The notes under the pieces: model-generated
Database searches by the model: none
Told to the model about the DNA's origin: nothing
Seen by the model: only the letters and a program-made list of their open reading frames with translations
Position numbers and translations under genes: made by a program
Assembly (NCBI GenBank): GCA_001805615.1
Contig: MHGP01000073.1
Location: 28,156-92,155 of the forward strand
Origin: Omnitrophica WOR_2 bacterium RIFCSPHIGHO2_02_FULL_48_11
Lineage (GTDB): Bacteria > Omnitrophota > Gorgyraeia > Zapsychrales > GWA2-47-8
Length of the DNA: 64,000 bases
Direction: 5' to 3'
Part shown: positions 61,910-64,000 of the stretch, one piece after another
Layout: the number at the start of each line of letters is the position of its first letter
Position numbering within the stretch: position 1 is the first letter of the stretch

Positions 61910-63703
61910 ATGCAGAATTATCTCAGACTGCTCAGTTTTTTGAAACACCATAAAAGGATCTTCCTCCCGGCGGTCTTTTTTATGGGCATTTCGTCATTGT
62001 TTGAAGGCATTCAATTTTCTCTCTTGGTGCCTTTGACCGATATCCTTTTTACCCACAAGAAAGTCGTTGTCCCCCCCGAAGCCCCGGCCTTTATCGGGAC
62101 CATCGTCGGTTATGTCAACAGCATTGATTCTGAAACTCTTTTCAAATTCCTTATCGCCGCGGTGGCGGGACTGATCCTGGTCAAAAATTTTGTGACGTTT
62201 TGGTATGGTTACCTGATGAACGACCTTTCCCAGCGGATCATGCGGGATATCCGCGACCAGCTTTATGCCAAGATCCAGAATCTTTCTCTGGATTATTTCA
62301 GCAAAAAGCGGGGCGGAGAATTGATCTCGCGGATCACCAACGATGTCTTGCTGATCGAAAATGCCACGTCCTACGGTGTCACCGATCTGTTCCGGCAGAC
62401 CTTTACGGTATTGGTTTTTGTCATCATTGCTTTTGCTATTCATCCCAAAGCGGCTTTTATTGTTTTCTTTATTTTGCCTTTAGTGGCGGTGCCGATGAGC
62501 CAGATCGGCCGGCGGCTGCGCAAATTGGCGAAGAGCTCTCAGGAGAGGATGGCGGATATCAATACGCTTTTGCTGGAGACGATCTCCGGGGTCAAGGTGG
62601 TGAAGGCGTTCTGTACCGAGGATTATGAGATCGACCGGTTCAAAAGGCAAAATTTTGATTTTTATAAGATCCGCATGAAATCCATCAAGCGTATCCTCTT
62701 AATTTCGCCGGCGACGGAGATCTTGGGGTTCTTCTGCGGGATCGTGATCATTTTATGGCTGGGCCGTCAGGTCATGGACCAGCATCTTTCCTTCGGTGTT
62801 TTTACCCTTTTTATGGGGTCCATCATGTCGATCATCAGCCCGATAAAAAAATTGGGCAATGTGAACGCTATTACCCAGCAGGCGTTGGCGGCGAGTGAAC
62901 GCATTTATGATGTTTTGGATGCCAAGATCACGGTCATGGAAAAACCGAAAGCGTCATTCTTGCCGGTCTTAAGGAATAAGATCACTATCGAAAATGTTTC
63001 TTTCCAATACGACGAGGAATCGGGAGGGGTTCTGCAGGATATCAATTTAGAAATAAAATGCGGCGAGCTGGTGGCGGTGGTCGGCCCGACGGGGACCGGG
63101 AAATCAACGCTGGTGAATCTTATCCCGCGTTTTTATGACTCGACCCAGGGGGCGGTCCGGTTTGACGGGGTAAACGTGCGGGATGTCACCTTTGCGTCGC
63201 TGCGGGGGCAGATCGGGATTGTGACTCAGGAAAATATTCTTTTTAATGACACGGTGCAGGCCAACATCAGTTACGGGTACCGCAAAGCCACCCAAGCAGA
63301 GATTGAGGAGGCGGCGCGGAAGGCCTTCGCGCACCAATTTATCATTAAAATGCCGCAAGGTTATGAAACATTTATCGGCGACCGGGGCTTTAGGCTTTCC
63401 GGCGGCGAAAAGCAGCGCATTGCGATCGCCCGGGCGATCCTTAAGAATCCGCCGATCTTAATCCTGGATGAAGCCACGTCCCAATTGGATTCGGAGTCGG
63501 AAAAATTTGTGCAAGAGGCCTTGGATAAACTGATGCAGGGGCGCACCGTCATTGCCATCGCCCACCGGCTTTCGACGATCAAAAAGGCCAATAAAATTGT
63601 CGTTTTAGAGCATGGGCGTATTGTCGGTTTGGGAACCCATGATGAACTGTTGGAGACGTGTGCGCTTTATCAGCGATTGTACGAAACGCAGTTCAATATG
63701 TAA
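61910..63703 (+). CDS. msbA: lipid A export ABC transporter permease/ATPase
   Basis: Six-TM exporter domain plus an NBD with GPTGTGKST, LSGGEKQRIAIARA and ILILDEATS. Confidence 0.9.
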   Translation: MQNYLRLLSFLKHHKRIFLPAVFFMGISSLFEGIQFSLLVPLTDILFTHKKVVVPPEAPAFIGTIVGYVNSIDSETLFKFLIAAVAGLILVKNFVTFWYGYLMNDLSQRIMRDIRDQLYAKIQNLSLDYFSKKRGGELISRITNDVLLIENATSYGVTDLFRQTFTVLVFVIIAFAIHPKAAFIVFFILPLVAVPMSQIGRRLRKLAKSSQERMADINTLLLETISGVKVVKAFCTEDYEIDRFKRQNFDFYKIRMKSIKRILLISPATEILGFFCGIVIILWLGRQVMDQHLSFGVFTLFMGSIMSIISPIKKLGNVNAITQQALAASERIYDVLDAKITVMEKPKASFLPVLRNKITIENVSFQYDEESGGVLQDINLEIKCGELVAVVGPTGTGKSTLVNLIPRFYDSTQGAVRFDGVNVRDVTFASLRGQIGIVTQENILFNDTVQANISYGYRKATQAEIEEAARKAFAHQFIIKMPQGYETFIGDRGFRLSGGEKQRIAIARAILKNPPILILDEATSQLDSESEKFVQEALDKLMQGRTVIAIAHRLSTIKKANKIVVLEHGRIVGLGTHDELLETCALYQRLYETQFNM

Positions 63704-63803
63704 GAGAGTTCTTTGAGCTTATTGGGTTCGTTGCGTTTATTGAGTTTGTGGTCTTCAACTCAATGAACCCAACAAACGCTATAAACCCTGTCGAAAATAG
63801 GGG

Positions 63804-63832
63804 TTGCAAAAAAAAAGATTATTGGGTATACT
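63804..63832 (+). promoter_or_regulatory. consensus sigma70 promoter TTGCAA-N17-TATACT with no obvious downstream ORF
   Basis: TTGCAA at 63804-63809, a 17-nt spacer, and TATACT at 63827-63832. The 160 nt downstream to the window end contain stops in all forward frames. Confidence 0.45.
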
Positions 63833-64000
63833 ACTGCAACAATTTGGCTGGTTGGTTATAACTTTTGGAAAAGTGGAAGGGTTTAACCGCCGGTTCCTCT
63901 TCTTCTGACAAGGGTTAGGAGCGGAGCTGAAATTAAGACTGTAAAATACTTATGTTCACTTGGCGAAGGTATTCCCATAAGTGTCGGAGTAGTAGGGAGG

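Noticed and set aside
1-64000. CRISPR arrays, transposases, integrases, phage genes
   Set aside because: No regularly spaced direct repeats and no IS/Tn or integrase-like proteins were found. The only repeats are the 86-bp module, the 10-bp tandem and short motif clusters described above.

Overview
This is a 64 kb chromosomal segment, about 50% GC, from a diderm bacterium (lpxB, msbA, exbBD/tolQR, an AsmA-family protein, a SPOR protein and a PEP-CTERM protein are present). Almost all genes are on the + strand and are densely packed.

The left third is housekeeping: two tRNAs, a COG1579 zinc-ribbon protein, rnhA and a type-A RNase P RNA (rnpB) whose 5' end lies inside the rnhA coding sequence. 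These are followed by yebC, ruvC, ruvA and scpB, an aromatic amino-acid operon (pheA, hisC, DAHP synthase, tyrA), then cmk, lepA, lepB, pgsA and plsY.

Three regions look accessory or novel.

1. 23.6-31.2 kb is a compositionally heterogeneous patch. It starts with a segment (23.7-24.7 kb) that is markedly more AT-rich than the flanks and carries overlapping ORFs. It then holds a duplicated 5' gene module, a recurring 3'-flank motif, two secreted MORN/YwqK-repeat proteins, a PEP-CTERM protein behind a perfect sigma70 promoter, a secreted alpha/beta-hydrolase with Myxococcus-type cysteine-rich repeats, a stand-alone Smr protein and a small KH protein. It ends in a c-di-GMP-I (GEMM) riboswitch, with an overlapping terminator, that controls an 833-aa orphan secreted protein.

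2. 38.8-46.4 kb is a tightly packed same-strand array with a thiol-redox theme. It encodes a DsbA-like thioredoxin, a MauE/DoxX-like CGCFG membrane protein, a signal-peptide-bearing Memo-AMMECR1 fusion, a 150-aa membrane protein, an HTTM (vitamin-K-carboxylase/SdpB-like) domain fused to a DCC/DUF393 thiol-disulfide oxidoreductase, two small secreted proteins and a DUF255 thioredoxin-domain protein. This is my top candidate for an undescribed extracytoplasmic protein-maturation system.

3. 18.6-20.7 kb holds a translationally coupled HExxH metalloprotein and Ddl-like ATP-grasp ligase, a candidate peptide-modification pair.

The remaining genes are pckA, ppiC, cspA plus a DEAD-box helicase, tag, AsmA, a NUDIX hydrolase, a hexapeptide acetyltransferase, a PilZ c-di-GMP receptor, YgjP, YggU, YqeY, a polysaccharide deacetylase with a 1081-aa GH94-like phosphorylase, exbBD, a cyclophilin, a PqiA-like protein, a 30-Cys secreted protein, and lpxB with a Gfo/Idh/MocA oxidoreductase arranged divergently from msbA.

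No CRISPR array, transposase or integrase was seen.
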